A DNA stretch of 53,672 nucleotides from a virus (Duplodnaviria > Caudoviricetes). The notes beneath the pieces were generated by a model. It was given only the letters and a program-made list of their open reading frames with translations. It searched no databases and had not been told where the DNA came from. Positions within the stretch are counted from its first letter, which is position 1. Each line of letters opens with the position of its first letter. This document shows positions 52,629-53,672 of the stretch, in pieces. The stretch covers positions 1 through 53,672 of IMG/VR virus record IMGVR_UViG_3300027734_000094. One strand, 5' to 3'. Both the position numbers and the translations under genes were made by a program.

Positions 52629-53483
52629 ATGACTGCTAATTCAAACGTCCACATGATCGCCCTTGGTATCGGTGAGCATCGGGAAGGCTCGGCCATCTCT
52701 GAGGGCGGGATTGCTCGCATCGCCGAGGGTATCGGCGAGGCGTGGTTCACTCCGCTCCGCTGGTCCTACGGTTCGGGAGACAACGAGATGTCGGGCTGCG
52801 TGAACCTCGGCGATATGTTCAAGGGGCGGCGCAATCCCAAGGGGGAAGTTGACGGCAAGTTCCTTCCTGCCATGTATCGCGCGGTTGCGGAAGCGTTCGG
52901 CATTACGTCAATGTCGAGCGCGGACAAAATGGCGTTCCAGCGGGGGTTCTCGATTGCTGCCGCGCGTCACGTCTCGGAAGGCATCAAGTTCATTGATGCC
53001 TCGGTGGAACGTGGCAAGCGCGCGGTTAAGGTGCGGGCTGTGGAGGTTCCTGCCTCGGTCGCGTTCGTTCTCACTGATGAAAACGACAAGCCTACTGATG
53101 CGGCTCGAGATGCCATCGGGCGCATCAAGTCGAACCTCGAACTGGAAGGCAAGGCCATTCCATCGGACGCTGATTTGCTCAAGCGTGCGGGGGCGCTGCG
53201 TATTAAGTGCGTGGGTGGGCAGCATGGTGTGTTCGGCAAGGTGCCTTCGTCTACCGATATCGCGCGGACACTGCGGGAAGTGGCGGCATCGCATGGCCTC
53301 ATGCCTTCGCCAAAGGCGCGCAACTCCTCGCCAAAGGCGGCGCAATTCCTCGAGAGCCTGTCCTTCACGGTCAAGTGCTTGGACTCGCTCGGGAGTGATG
53401 AACCTGAGATTGCGCTGGCTGTGGAGGGTGAGAAACTCCTGCGGGAAGTCGCAGAACGCATCGCGGCCTATTTCGCCAAGTGA
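52629..53483 (+). CDS. hypothetical early protein
   Basis: 284-aa ORF followed by a terminator; no recognised motif. Confidence 0.7.
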   Translation: MTANSNVHMIALGIGEHREGSAISEGGIARIAEGIGEAWFTPLRWSYGSGDNEMSGCVNLGDMFKGRRNPKGEVDGKFLPAMYRAVAEAFGITSMSSADKMAFQRGFSIAAARHVSEGIKFIDASVERGKRAVKVRAVEVPASVAFVLTDENDKPTDAARDAIGRIKSNLELEGKAIPSDADLLKRAGALRIKCVGGQHGVFGKVPSSTDIARTLREVAASHGLMPSPKARNSSPKAAQFLESLSFTVKCLDSLGSDEPEIALAVEGEKLLREVAERIAAYFAK

Positions 53484-53527
53484 TTAACCTAGGGGGCAGG
53501 CTCCGGCCTGCCTCCGCCTCCGCCTCG

Positions 53528-53558
53528 CCTCGCTGCCTTCGGGCAGCGGGGTTTTTTT
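53528..53558 (+). terminator. rho-independent terminator
   Basis: CCTCGCTGCC-TTCG-GGCAGCGGGG-T7. Confidence 0.9.
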
Positions 53559-53577
53559 GCGCCCGTTTTCCGCGCCC

Positions 53578-53654
53578 GCGCGCGAAGCGCGCCCGCCGCC
53601 CGTAGGGCGGCATCCGGCGAAGCCGGATTTATCAAACTAACGCCAGCGAAGCTG
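53578..53654 (+). other. cluster of four C(GNA)G triloop hairpins
   Basis: GCGCGC-GAA-GCGCGC, GCCGCCC-GTA-GGGCGGC, ATCCGGC-GAA-GCCGGAT, CAGC-GAA-GCTG. Confidence 0.8.
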
Positions 53655-53672
53655 ACTAATTAAATGGGTGAT

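Noticed and set aside
52849-53487. 212-aa alternative-frame ORF overlapping 52629..53483
   Set aside because: Arg/Ser-rich off-frame composition with no clear RBS
1-53672. Terminal redundancy or a complete circular genome
   Set aside because: The window ends do not overlap; part of the early region probably lies outside

Overview
A large part of a dsDNA tailed-phage genome with podovirus-like organisation. The host is probably proteobacterial, possibly alphaproteobacterial (inference only). Two arms converge on a terminator at ~13.1 kb. The + strand arm (1-13063) carries early and replication genes: VRR-NUC nuclease, family A DNA polymerase, PD-(D/E)XK exonuclease, HNH protein, SNF2 helicase, an atypical tRNA-like element, SSB, an HTH protein and a primase-helicase. 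The - strand arm (52140 to 13141) is the morphogenesis region: terminase, portal, GroES, scaffold, major capsid, glycosyltransferase, an array of small basic proteins, tail proteins, endolysin/holin, nozzle and ejection proteins. A G-tract and hairpin-rich divergent non-coding region and one early gene lie at the right end. No integrase, CRISPR array, reverse transcriptase or rRNA was seen. The best candidate for a new system is a tandem array (38-41.4 kb) of genes with unrelated N-termini and a constant C-terminal tag (AKGGS..RADGCATKGKTKGRFV). In three genes the tag is encoded by an exact DNA repeat that also contains the RBS and the stop/start of the next gene, and its AxGG motif recurs in the ejection proteins. 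Also notable: a doubly pseudoknotted RNA behind the capsid terminator, a tRNA-like RNA with a 6-nt anticodon loop, and a run of C(GNA)G triloop hairpins. Products were assigned by motif recognition and synteny only; no database searches were run.
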